A stretch of 64,000 nucleotides of DNA from positions 181,186-245,185 of the forward strand of contig JACPCR010000064.1 of NCBI GenBank assembly GCA_016179685.1, read 5' to 3'. The position numbers and the translations under genes are program-made. Positions within the stretch are counted from its first letter, which is position 1; each line of letters begins with the position of its first letter. This DNA comes from Planctomycetota bacterium (lineage in GTDB: Bacteria > Planctomycetota > PUPC01 > JACPCR01). The notes below the pieces were generated by a model that was given only the letters and a program-made list of their open reading frames with translations, was not told the DNA's origin and did not search any database. Positions 38,710 through 48,546 of the stretch are shown here, piece by piece.

Positions 38710-39594
38710 ATGCCCGCGCGGATCCTCCACCAGCTCGTCGATTGGCCCTCCAGAATCCTCTGGGCAATCCGGTCATGGCCCCACGGCAACGAAATGCTCC
38801 GGTGGGACCGGCTTCGCTTCCTCGCCTCCGGCTGCCGCGTCGAGCCGTTCCTCTCCTGCCCGTCCTGGTATCTGCGAAACATCGGCATCAAGCTGATTGT
38901 ACAGTTCCAGCTCGAAGAGTACTACCCGATTCTGGCGCTGAAGCTGTTGGACCTGCGAGAGGCCCCGATCCTGCGCCGGAACTGCGCCGAAGGCCTGGGC
39001 CGGCTGCGTCAGGCCGGCGCAGAGGCTCGTTCCGCTCTGTGGCGTGCCCTGGCCGACCCGTACTGGGAGACCCGGACTGAGGCCTTGCGCGCCATCACCC
39101 GGACCGAGAAGCCTTCGGCGGAGATCACCGCGGAGCTGGCGGAGCGGTTCTTCATGCCTTTCCTCGACCCCGGGCCTTGCGCGGGCAACCCGGCTTCGGT
39201 CCTCGCCCCGAGCGAGGGAAACTTCGAGGTCCGGGCCACACTGGCATCCGTTCTCGGAAAGATCGGGACAGGCCGTAAAGCCCTTTCCGCCCTCCACGCT
39301 CTCGCCCGGGATGAGAATTGGATCGTCCGGGCCCAGGCAGCCCTGGCGCTCCGCGACCTCGCGCGGCGCGAGCCGGACTCACGTGAAGCGTGCCGGCGGG
39401 TGCTCGACCTCATCGATCCTTCTTCCGAAGGGGCCATCCCGCACTTCATCCTGCCGGAAATCCTCCGGCACGTCAGGACGGGACTGGACGATCCCGCCCG
39501 AGCCTGCCTGGTCCCCCGGGCCGAGGTGGATTCGACCATGGACCTGAAGCTGGGCTGGAACAAGACCGCCCTGCCGCCCCGCCTGCCCTTCTGA
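38710..39594 (+). CDS. HEAT-repeat protein
   Basis: 294-aa ORF; repeated ...RxxAxxALxxL... HEAT/PBS-lyase-like units; stop is 9 nt upstream of mraY. Confidence 0.5.
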   Translation: MPARILHQLVDWPSRILWAIRSWPHGNEMLRWDRLRFLASGCRVEPFLSCPSWYLRNIGIKLIVQFQLEEYYPILALKLLDLREAPILRRNCAEGLGRLRQAGAEARSALWRALADPYWETRTEALRAITRTEKPSAEITAELAERFFMPFLDPGPCAGNPASVLAPSEGNFEVRATLASVLGKIGTGRKALSALHALARDENWIVRAQAALALRDLARREPDSREACRRVLDLIDPSSEGAIPHFILPEILRHVRTGLDDPARACLVPRAEVDSTMDLKLGWNKTALPPRLPF

Positions 39595-39602
39595 GGTGTC
39601 TC

Positions 39603-40691
39603 GTGTTTTACGGTCTGTTCCAATCCCTCGGCCCGTGGCCGCACGACGGCCTTCTCCTCCGCGCCTTGCTGGCGGCGCTCACGGCCGCACTCCTGGGCCT
39701 CGTTGCTGCGCCGAAGCTCATCCGTAGGCTCAAGGCCCGCAAGGTCACCGATCCTTCCAAAGGCTACACGGGCCTCAACCCGGCCAGCAAACAGGGCGTG
39801 CCCATCCTGGGCGGCCTGATCATTCTTGCCGCCCTTTACCTCTCCGCACTCCTCTGGTGCGACCTGACCAACCGGATGGTCCAGGTCGCCCTGGTCTGGG
39901 GCCTGGGTTACGCTGCGCTGGGCTTCTTGGACGACTGGAGCAAGATTCGGCCCGATCAGCGCGGCCTGGGCCTGAACCAGCCGCAAAAGTACGCCGTTCA
40001 GTTCCTGCTGGCCCTTCTCTTGGGAGTCTTGTTCCTATCCCAGGCCTATCTCCCCGTGGAGCGGGCCGTCGCCGGGTCCCTCTACCTTCCCTTCACCTCG
40101 ATCTGGCGCTGGAATCTCTCGTGGGGTTACTTGGCAGTGATTGTTTTTTTTCTCATCTATGCGGCCAATGCCGTCAACATCACGGACGGGATGGACGGGC
40201 TGGCGACCTTCCCGGCGATGCTGCTGGCCGCGGTCCTCGGTCTCGCGGCCTTCATCCTCCATAGCCCGGCGACGGCATCCTCCTTCCGATTCGAGCCCGT
40301 GCCCGGCAGCGGCGAGTGTGTCGTGCTCCTGGCCGCGCTTCTCGGGGCCTGCGGCGCATTCCTCTGGTACAACGCCTATCCGGCCACCATCTTTATGGGG
40401 GACACCGGCTCGATCGCCCTGGGCGGCATCCTGGGAACGGTGGCCGTCCTGCTGAAGCAGGAGATTCTTTTCCTGATCGTCGGCGGGGTTTTCTTGATCG
40501 AGACGGCCAGCAGCTTCCTTCAGACCTACGTCGGCGTCGGTCTGCTTGGCCGGCGTCTCTTCTTCCGCGCCCCGCTCCACGACCACTGGCTCTACCAGGG
40601 CCTGAGCGAATCGAAGGTCACGCTCCGCCTCTGGCTGCTCTCCCTCCTCTTCGCCATCCTGGGCCTGGCGGCCCTGGAGCTTCGGCTCTAG
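39603..40691 (+). CDS. mraY: phospho-N-acetylmuramoyl-pentapeptide-transferase
   Basis: ORF 39390..40691; likely GTG start at 39603 just after upstream stop; motifs NAVNITDGMDGLA, YPATIFMGDTGSIALGG, HDHW closely match MraY (GT4 polyprenyl-phosphate transferase family). Confidence 0.75.
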   Translation: MFYGLFQSLGPWPHDGLLLRALLAALTAALLGLVAAPKLIRRLKARKVTDPSKGYTGLNPASKQGVPILGGLIILAALYLSALLWCDLTNRMVQVALVWGLGYAALGFLDDWSKIRPDQRGLGLNQPQKYAVQFLLALLLGVLFLSQAYLPVERAVAGSLYLPFTSIWRWNLSWGYLAVIVFFLIYAANAVNITDGMDGLATFPAMLLAAVLGLAAFILHSPATASSFRFEPVPGSGECVVLLAALLGACGAFLWYNAYPATIFMGDTGSIALGGILGTVAVLLKQEILFLIVGGVFLIETASSFLQTYVGVGLLGRRLFFRAPLHDHWLYQGLSESKVTLRLWLLSLLFAILGLAALELRL

Positions 40692-41048
40692 GAAATGGCA
40701 AAGCCAAGCAAGTTGACAGAAAGGCGTGAATCCTTATAAGGGAGTCTTATAGCTCCCGCAAATAACTGCTCTTGTGAGTGTTGGCCATAGAGGCCATAAA
40801 TCTGATATATTCTTACCTTAGATCACTTACGTGCCGATACCAGCGAGACCCGCCTGCGCCGCGGGCGCGGCAGGCAGGCGTTGGCATTTCCAGTTAGGTT
40901 TTTGCGGCTGCTCTTAGGTTGTCACTTCCCCGCGCCCGCCTCCCATAGTCCCAACGGGATCCCTCCCGCCGGGATAAGTTCGGCGGGCACCCGGCGGAGA
41001 TCTTTCACGGTCATGGAAGCGCTTTGCTTCCGCATCGGGAGTTGCAAT

Positions 41049-41444
41049 ATGGCTGACTCTGAAATTCTTCCCGAGGGGAAAGTAGCTTCATCGGGAAAAC
41101 ATGGGGAAGTCAAGTTTGACTACATCAAGAGCAATCATTTTCGGGTAATCTATGCTGACGGTGTCTGGGGTGGTCTAACTCCACGTCTCAAGATGCAGAT
41201 CACATTTTGGAATGAACGCCACCCCATCCCCAGGCAAATCGTTCAGGAACTCACGGAGAAAGAACAGCCGGGTAGAGAATTAAGGCGAGAATCCAGAGAG
41301 GCAATCGTTCGAGAACTCGAGGCTTCGGTCATCATGGACCTCGAGGTGGCCCGCTCTTTCTGCAAGTGGCTCACCGAAAAGATTGAGAAAGCTGACCAAC
41401 TCTTGGCCCAACACAAAGAATCAGAAAAAAAGGAGAATCGTTGA
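41049..41444 (+). CDS. hypothetical protein (island cassette gene 1)
   Basis: within ORF 40881..41444; ATG 41049 preceded by GGGAG; lower-GC region; C-terminal predicted helical/charged tail; no family recognised. Confidence 0.5.
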   Translation: MADSEILPEGKVASSGKHGEVKFDYIKSNHFRVIYADGVWGGLTPRLKMQITFWNERHPIPRQIVQELTEKEQPGRELRRESREAIVRELEASVIMDLEVARSFCKWLTEKIEKADQLLAQHKESEKKENR

Positions 41445-42040
41445 TGCCACCGGCGAGTGCAATGTCCGATGTTATTCGCGCAGGTTCTCACTGCACCAGC
41501 ACTCTTGACTTGAGAGTGCCCCTTCCAGGAGCCAGTCAACTAGAATATGCAGCGTGCTTCCGAAATCCTATTGCCCTGGGTGAAGAGATTCCTTCAGAAT
41601 CCCCATCGGATTGGCCTGTGCCGTTGGACGAGGCGACCGTGGATGCCCTGGGTGAACATAATCTTTCGGAGTTCCCATCGGATTTGACATTTTCCGAACC
41701 TTGCAGCGAGCGAGATCTGGAAGATTATCTCAGAAGTCTCGAAGATGAGGGGTTTATTCCCTCCTCGATGAGGAGGAGCGCTCTGAAACTGTGGAAAACT
41801 TTAGAGCATCTTTCAGGTCATTGTTTGACGATTCCGGGTGCTGCTCCAGGCCCTGACGGGAAGTTATTCCTCGTTTGGGGTGAGGGCGAGCACCACTTCG
41901 AGGCCGAGTTGATCCCTGACAACCCGATAGAGTTCTTCTACATGAACCGCGGAACCAACGAGACTTGGAGTGGAGAGGCTGCTGATGAGAATGAGGTATC
42001 CCACGAAATCGTAGAGAAGCTGATGTCTCTTTGGGGGTAG
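41444..42040 (+). CDS. hypothetical protein (island cassette gene 2)
   Basis: ATG 41444 overlaps upstream stop (TGATG), AAGGAG 9 nt upstream; acidic protein; no family recognised. Confidence 0.5.
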   Translation: MPPASAMSDVIRAGSHCTSTLDLRVPLPGASQLEYAACFRNPIALGEEIPSESPSDWPVPLDEATVDALGEHNLSEFPSDLTFSEPCSERDLEDYLRSLEDEGFIPSSMRRSALKLWKTLEHLSGHCLTIPGAAPGPDGKLFLVWGEGEHHFEAELIPDNPIEFFYMNRGTNETWSGEAADENEVSHEIVEKLMSLWG

Positions 42041-42044
42041 CCTC

Positions 42045-42533
42045 ATGCCCGCAGTGAAGCGAGGGGTGGAGGGCGAGCCCTTACCCGGCGAGGAAGTCGT
42101 TTTCCGTCTCTGGCGGAAAGGAAAGGATGGCACGCGCGATGAATTGGTGGCCGCTTTTGAGTTGTCAAGCGATGAGAGGCGGTCACTACGCCCCACGTTG
42201 TCAGTTTTTGCTGAGGGGCTCACTTCCCATGAACAGGCATTCGAAATTACTGGGAAGAATTCGTTGAAGCGACTCGTGCTCCGAATGCAGGTCTGCGAAA
42301 TTCGGAAGATCGACTTGGTGCCTCCTGACCTGAATTTTCGTGGTCTCGATGTCATCTGGGTCCAAGCCAAACTGCAGGAGAATGGCCGAGAAGTCCCGGA
42401 CGAAAGACCGGGTGCTGAAGGTCATGCTGGAATTTTGGGACTCAGTAGCCCTCCAAACAAGAACTCTAGAAAAGTACTTCGAGTGAAACTTGCCGAATTA
42501 GCCTACCACAACGATCCCTTTGACAAACGTTGA
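42045..42533 (+). CDS. hypothetical protein (island cassette gene 3)
   Basis: 162-aa ORF 5 nt after previous stop; no family recognised. Confidence 0.5.
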   Translation: MPAVKRGVEGEPLPGEEVVFRLWRKGKDGTRDELVAAFELSSDERRSLRPTLSVFAEGLTSHEQAFEITGKNSLKRLVLRMQVCEIRKIDLVPPDLNFRGLDVIWVQAKLQENGREVPDERPGAEGHAGILGLSSPPNKNSRKVLRVKLAELAYHNDPFDKR

Positions 42534-42638
42534 CGGCGAGTGCAGGTACCCGGCAATCACGTCCGATGAGTCCCATCCTCTGATCGAATACCCGCACCGA
42601 GAATCCAGTCAGGTTCTGCAGATAGCGCAGCTTCTTGT

Positions 42639-44681
42639 TTACTCCAGAATAAGCGATTTCGTCAGAAGCTTCTCGATGTAGGTGGCCTTGTCTTCCTTCT
42701 GGAAAAGCACATGGTGCTTCTCGAAGGAGGCCTTGTTCGTCCCGCCCTCCCACCAAGTGACTTCCTCCCGGCGGGTACTTGAAAGGATGAAGGAATTCAG
42801 GATGACGGCTGGATCGCCTATCCGGCCCTCCAACTCTTTGATCGTGGCGTGGAAACGAATCTTCGGGTCGTTCTTGCCCTCAAGATTCCGGATGCCTTTG
42901 GGATCAATGAAGGTGATGTGCTGGCGGCTGCCCGATAGAAGCCAGAGGATGAAATCCGGGTAGAAGTTCCCCGCCTCGAAGAACCCGATACCCCGGCCCC
43001 GGCTCTGGTTGCGTAACAGGTAGAGTTCCTTCTCCTTGAAGAAGCCCTTGTTGCTGTCGAAGAAGGAGCGCAGGTCGAGGACGAATTCCCTTTCGCCTTC
43101 GTTCAGGGAAACCGGTCGGACCTCGATGTTGTCGCCCTTGAGGTAGAGGAGAGGGCGGTAGAGGTGCTGGCCGAAGCAGATGCCGCGAAACCGGTCGTGC
43201 TCGATGTCCCGCCATTCGCCCCGCTCCACGGCCTGCTTCAGTTCCTTGAGCTTGGCGATGATTTCCTTCTCGGATTCGTCAATCAGAATGCGGTATTCTT
43301 CGATGAAGTTGGGGTCGTCCGGGCGCAGTTCCCGATACTCTAGGTGTGGATTCTCATACTCCGCCTTCCGGTAATAGTAGTAACGCTCGCAGTATTTCTT
43401 CAGCAGGGCGATCGCCACCTCTTCCCATGCCCGAACCCTGCCGAAGCGGGTCAGGCTTAGCTCCGTTTCGGGAATGTAGAGCGTATACCAGTCCGACCGA
43501 GCCAGCAGACTTCGCACCTGCTCCCTGGACAGGCTGAGGTTATGCCAGGCCTTCTCGCTCTTGAAGTGCTCAAGCTCGAAGAACACGCGGTCGAAATCCA
43601 TGAAAGCCAACTGGACGTCCCGCAGCTTCCCTTCGTGCTGTTCGGCAGCGCCCTGACTCGTTCCCGCGCCGCGGCTGATGTGCGCTTGGACTCTCGGATA
43701 CCAGTCCAGGACGACCGGATACCTGACCAGATGTTCCGGCGGCACGTCGAGCGCCGGCTTGGGTCCGTCCCGCTTGAAATCAATGCCGTCTTTCAGCTTG
43801 AGAGTCTTGAGCTTCGTCTGGCCGAGGTTCTTCAGGACGGGCAGGACAAACTCCATCCGATCTTCGTTGGACGGCAGCCCCTCCTCTTCGAGGTATTCCT
43901 TGAACTGCCGCATGTAATCGGCCCGGATGCCGAAGATGTGAATGTCGATGATTTCCACGGATTTCCCGGCGAACAGCCCACGCCCGTCCTTCGAGAACAT
44001 TTCCGCCTGAAGCCCGGACAGCCCGAATTCCTCCAGGTGTTGCCTCGATAGCCCTTCGTTGGGAGTCAGGAGAATGATGCGATTGAGGTTGCGTTCCTTG
44101 CCGTGCTGGGCCAGGTAGTGTCGATACTGAAGCAGGTTGACGTGCATGAGCAGCGTCTTGCCCGACCCAGTGGCGCTCCAGAAGGCCAGCTTATTGAGCT
44201 GCTCCGGCTCGTAGGGCTGAATCTTGTCCCCCTCTGTTTTGTCCTCGTTGAAGCGCCTGACGAACGCGTTCAGGTCATTGAGCAGGGTATCCGGATTCTG
44301 GAAGTAACGGTCGAGGTAAATCTCCGTGAACAGCAGCGAGAGGTATTGGAAATACTTCGGGTAGAGGTTGTTGGCCTGGTGGCGCTTCTCGGTGATGACT
44401 CGCCAGTGGCGGACAATGTTTTGGTCGTATTGGAGAAGCAGGTCCGAGGGAAGCTGCTTGCGCTGGAATAGGCGGGCTTTGAGGACGTGGTGATAATGGC
44501 TGACGCCTTCGCCGTCGAACCCCTCCAGGTTTGGGCTTTTCAGCTCCTCGGCGAGCTGGCCAATGCGTTCGACCTCGAACAGGTCGAGCCTCCACTGGGC
44601 GAGGACGAGGCGCTCGTCGAATTTGAGGCGGGTCTCGCGGCGGGTTGGGCCGGCTCTCCTTCGGGCGGTTCCTGAAGGCAT
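42639..44681 (-). CDS. restriction-endonuclease-like P-loop NTPase (Res-like: helicase-type ATPase with C-terminal PD-(D/E)xK-like motif)
   Basis: 680-aa ORF; Walker A FWSATGSGKT; degenerate motif II-like IIDIH (no DExH); C-terminal YPDFILW...TFIDPKG fits PD...(D/E)xK nuclease pattern; last gene of the mod-containing minus-strand array. Confidence 0.55.
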   Translation of the reverse strand: MPSGTARRRAGPTRRETRLKFDERLVLAQWRLDLFEVERIGQLAEELKSPNLEGFDGEGVSHYHHVLKARLFQRKQLPSDLLLQYDQNIVRHWRVITEKRHQANNLYPKYFQYLSLLFTEIYLDRYFQNPDTLLNDLNAFVRRFNEDKTEGDKIQPYEPEQLNKLAFWSATGSGKTLLMHVNLLQYRHYLAQHGKERNLNRIILLTPNEGLSRQHLEEFGLSGLQAEMFSKDGRGLFAGKSVEIIDIHIFGIRADYMRQFKEYLEEEGLPSNEDRMEFVLPVLKNLGQTKLKTLKLKDGIDFKRDGPKPALDVPPEHLVRYPVVLDWYPRVQAHISRGAGTSQGAAEQHEGKLRDVQLAFMDFDRVFFELEHFKSEKAWHNLSLSREQVRSLLARSDWYTLYIPETELSLTRFGRVRAWEEVAIALLKKYCERYYYYRKAEYENPHLEYRELRPDDPNFIEEYRILIDESEKEIIAKLKELKQAVERGEWRDIEHDRFRGICFGQHLYRPLLYLKGDNIEVRPVSLNEGEREFVLDLRSFFDSNKGFFKEKELYLLRNQSRGRGIGFFEAGNFYPDFILWLLSGSRQHITFIDPKGIRNLEGKNDPKIRFHATIKELEGRIGDPAVILNSFILSSTRREEVTWWEGGTNKASFEKHHVLFQKEDKATYIEKLLTKSLILE

Positions 44682-44687
44682 CGGTGG

Positions 44688-45013
44688 CTAAGGTGATGGA
44701 AGAGGAATTTCAACATACTGGCCGGGTTTCACGGTCTTCAGTGTTTGCTCGATGACGGACAGAAGGCCGGCCACCATCGGAACCTGGTTGCTGGGAAGAA
44801 CCACCACTGCGAGCTTTATTGCGGCAAGGTTCTGCTGATAGCGTAAGTTCTTGTCCGTGGTCATGAAGACGTCAAACTCGTTCTCCGCTCGCCTGAGCAA
44901 TTCGCCGTTCTTCAGCCCGCTCCACAAACCATTTCCTGAACGGTTCGGATTGCCAGATCGGGAAGTCGCGTCTTCACCAGCCGCGGCACGCACTCATCAA
45001 GTAAGATTCTCAA
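44688..45013 (-). pseudogene. DUF5615-like (PIN-like) toxin-type gene, apparently frameshifted
   Basis: N-terminal ILLDECVPRLVKTRL (DUF5615-like) is read in one frame from TTG ~45013, the remainder (...WSGLKNGELLRRAENEFDVFMTTD...) in ORF 44688..44993; frames differ by 1 nt near 44930. Confidence 0.4.
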
Positions 45014-45255
45014 TTCGACCTACCCAGGCGCAGAAGGGTGGCTTTGGAGAATTCAAGGACTTGTAACGCCTGCTCTCGAGTCACGGAAGGGAAGTTCTCC
45101 AGAAATTCTTCCAGGGTCAGGCCCGCCTCGAGGTTGTCAATGAGGGCTTGCACCGGGACCCGCGTCCCCCGGAAAACGGGCGCTCCGCTGACGATTTCGG
45201 GATCGATGGTTATCGGCAACTGCTCAAGCTCTGCCTCTTCAATGACCAGTGACAT
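45010..45255 (-). CDS. DUF433 family protein (antitoxin-like partner of DUF5615)
   Basis: ORF 45010..45297; start at ATG 45255 with GAAGGAGG upstream; GAPVFRGTRVPVQALIDNLEAG matches DUF433 pattern from memory. Confidence 0.6.
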   Translation of the reverse strand: MSLVIEEAELEQLPITIDPEIVSGAPVFRGTRVPVQALIDNLEAGLTLEEFLENFPSVTREQALQVLEFSKATLLRLGRSN

Positions 45256-45318
45256 CGTGGGCCTCCTTCGTGAGGGTCGGGAATCGACGAGAGCCATTTT
45301 ACTCCAGATTGCCTTCCC

Positions 45319-48300
45319 CTACACGTCCTTCACGTCGAACATCAGCCGCTGGAATTCCTCCTCAATTAGCCGGACTTTCCAGGTCATGTCCTCACGGCGC
45401 AGGTTTTCCAGGTGGTTGTCGCCGTTCACGTAAATCAGGTCGAACTCCTGGTCCCGGGTGTTGTACTTCTGCTTCCGGAAAAACTCGTCCAGGTCCTCGT
45501 TCGACTTCCCTGCCTTCCCGTCGGGAGCAGACAGGTCCTTCAAGCTCCGCCAGATGACCAAAACCTTCTCGCCCTGGGGATTCGTGCCTTGGACGACCCG
45601 GAAGCCCCGGATAACGTCCACGTGCATTACCCGGAGGCCCAGCAGGTAGTTGAAGGTCTCGACCAGGTCCACGGTTGTGGGCCGAGTCTCGCCCGCGCTG
45701 CCGGTGGCGATGTTGAGCTTGTAGAAGAAGGGGTCTTCGAACGCGGCGATGTTCAGCAGCGACGCGCTGCCGCGGCTCTCCACGTCCAGCATATAGGAGA
45801 GGAGGTAGTCCTCCCGGACTCCGTCGTTGGCTTCCAGGAGGGCGGCCTGCAAGTCGGTGCGTTTCAGTTCCAGGTTGTTGAGGGTGTCTTCGTAGGATTT
45901 CAGCCGGAGGTATTTGAAGAGGTGGCTGGAGCCTTCGCGGCTAACCGGCTTGCCGTCTTTCCAGTCCTTGGAGTAGATGACCTTCTGGATGCGTGGCTTG
46001 AGGACGGTATTGAAGTATTCGGCCATCTCGACGAGGATATACTTGCGGCCCCCCCCGGGTCTCGCGCGTCATCGCGATTCAGGTTGATGACGGCATGGCC
46101 CGTGGTGCCGGAACCGGCGAAGAAGTCCAAGACCAAGGAGTCCTCCGCGTCCGAGCAAATAAGCACGCAATCCTTGACAGCGTGTAGGGATTTGGGGAAG
46201 TCGAATGGACTCAGCGGACCAAACATTTCCTTCAATTCTTTCGTTCCATTGTCCCGAGCAGAATAGGCCGGGCTATCCCACCACGTGCGAGGCAGCGACC
46301 CTTCTTCGCGTAAGTACTTCCGTTTGTAAACCTCGTACTTGCCATCTCGCTTCATCACCTTCATTAGACAGACCTCTGCGATCGCCCTTTGAACGCCGAA
46401 GTTCCAGACCTTTTCAACGCCTGAATCGTCAATGGGCCAAATAGCGACTTCGCCGGGACGGGTTTTCTCGTTGATCCTCCAACTTTTACTGGTTTCTAGC
46501 CATTCCATCCCGGGGATCCGCTGTGCGTGATGCGCCTCGTCGAAGTAGATCGGAAAGAATTGCTTCGGTCGGTCTGGTCTGTCCGATCCCCTGCTGCTCT
46601 TCCTGAAGTTCTCCCATTCGAACGGTTTTCCCTCCTCATCTACTTGGTCGTACCTTTGTCGCTGAGAGTCACTGTGAGGCAACCGACCAACTTCGGAAGA
46701 CTGTGCAAGTTTCGAGTAGAACAGCGCGTACTCGTGGTTAATGGCGAACCCCTTCGTCGTAGCGCGACCGGACGGGTTGTTGCGAATCACAACGGTCGCC
46801 ATGTAGTTCTCATCAAAGAAAACACGATCTAACACAGACCTCAGGCGGTGGGATTCGTAGTCATCTATCGTCACGCACAGCAGCCCGTCGCAAGACAGGA
46901 CTTCACGTGAGAGTGCAACTCTATCTTCGACGAGGGAAATCCAAGTCGAGTGCTTGTACTCGTTCTTATACAGAATCTCGCTCTCTATCGCGTTATAAGG
47001 TGGATCGATGTAGATACACTTAATCTGTTCCCTATAGCGTGTTTCTATTAGGTTGAGCGCCTGGAAGTTCTCCCCGTGCACCAGCAGCCCGTCGGTATTC
47101 TCGTCCAGGTCCTGGATGCTGGCCAGCAGGCGGTCTTTGAACTCCGGGTCGAAGAAACGGGTGTCCAACACCAGGAAGGGATTAGCCTTCAGGAACTCCA
47201 CAGTGAGCGGCTTGGAATATTTCGGGGTGTGCAGGTCGCCCTGGATTTCGTCAATGGCGAAGAGGCGGACCCATTCCTCCCGCTGGGCGTCGCTGGCCGC
47301 GATTTCTACGTATAGCTCCCCAGGGACGCGGTCGAGCGTGATGCAGTAGTTCGTCTCGACCACGAACTTCTTCTTGAGCCAGAGCTTCTTCTGGAAGTTC
47401 TCCAGTTGCTCCAGGAAGGCGATGATCTTGTGGGCGATGCGGCGGAGCGCACGGATTTTGCCGAGATACTGCTCCACGCGGGGCGCGGACTCGCTTTCGA
47501 TGTCGTCCAGGTGCATGACCTCGTTCTTGATGTAGAAGTCCAGCTCCCGGCGGAGGAAGCCGCCCAGGTCCTTGTGGATGAAGTAGTCGAAGGTGTTGCG
47601 GGCGGTGTAGTCCGTGAGGTGCTTTTCGAGAAGGGTGCGGTCGGGATTCTTTTCGGTGGGGGCGGGGGTGGAGAGTTCCTCAATCCATTCTTTCGCATTG
47701 GCGGCTTGTAGTGCCCTCTTTAGAGGGTTGCCTTCGTCTGCACTACCCGCATCGAAGAGACCCGCTGTCCCAGCGGGATCCCTATGGGAAAGCGGCACTA
47801 CGAACCCGGAAGCGATGGCGGCGTTGTGATCCGACTGTTTCCGTTTCTGCGGGTCCGGCTGGTAGAGGAAGTGGATGAATAGCTCGTCAGGCTTTATGTC
47901 CACGGGATTCGATTCGCAGAGCATGAACCGGCGCTCCTTGTCGGGCCCGGCTTTCTGGTTGTCCTTCTCGGTGTCGGCTTCGACGAGCTTGAAGTGGACG
48001 CGGCGGCCGGAGGGGAGCTTGAAGGTGTAGTCCCGGAAGTATTCGGACGACTTGACGTAATACTGGTCGTGATTGGCCCAGTGGAGCTTGACCTCCTCGC
48101 CTTCGTAGGGGATGGCATAGACGCCTTCCTTGTAGCGGCGGAGGGAAAGGAAGTCGCCCTCGTGGTAGTAGCGGCGGAAGAAGTTGGTGAGGTCGGAGAA
48201 GATTTCCTGTTCGAGGGCGGCGGGGTCGCCGGCGGACTGGTATTTGGCCTTGAGTTCCTTGACCTTCGGGCTGGTTTCCGGGTCGATGCCAAGTCCTTTG

Positions 48301-48527
48301 GCCTGTTCGATGGCTTCCTTGAGTTGGGACTCGATGACGCGCTGGTCGCCGGACTGGTGTTCGCTTAGGGCATTGCGGACTTGCGGGAGGAGGTCTTTGT
48401 CGAGGAAGCGGGTAATCTCGTCCCGCTTCTGGTTCATGATGCGGTAGATGCCGAAATCGAGGTCGGCCTGGTCGAGCTGGAAGAGCTCGGCGAGCAACCG
48501 CCTCAACTTCTCGAGGTTTTGAGACAT
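45319..48527 (-). CDS. beta-class (N6_N4_Mtase-type) DNA methyltransferase, type III Mod-like, with ~500-aa N-terminal extension; reading frame interrupted at a C8/G8 tract
   Basis: ORF 45900..48527 contains motif IV IYIDPPYN and, ~300 aa later, motif I LDFFAGSGTTGHA (order IV then I = beta class); C-terminus continues in ORF 45319..46026 if the G8 run at 46049-46056 is read as G9 (...NLNRDDARDPGGGRKYILVEMAEYF...). Confidence 0.7.
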
Positions 48528-48546
48528 TGCGACAAACCCTCTGCGT

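Noticed and set aside
37708-38730. 340-aa minus-strand ORF overlapping the SDR gene in another frame
   Set aside because: Arg/Gly-rich junk translation; the SDR frame (37761..38561) carries the Rossmann motif
45319-48527. BREX PglX or gamma-class MTase assignment for the large methyltransferase
   Set aside because: Motif order is IV (DPPY) before I (FxGxG), which indicates beta class (type III Mod-like); PglX-type enzymes have the reverse order. Not verified by alignment
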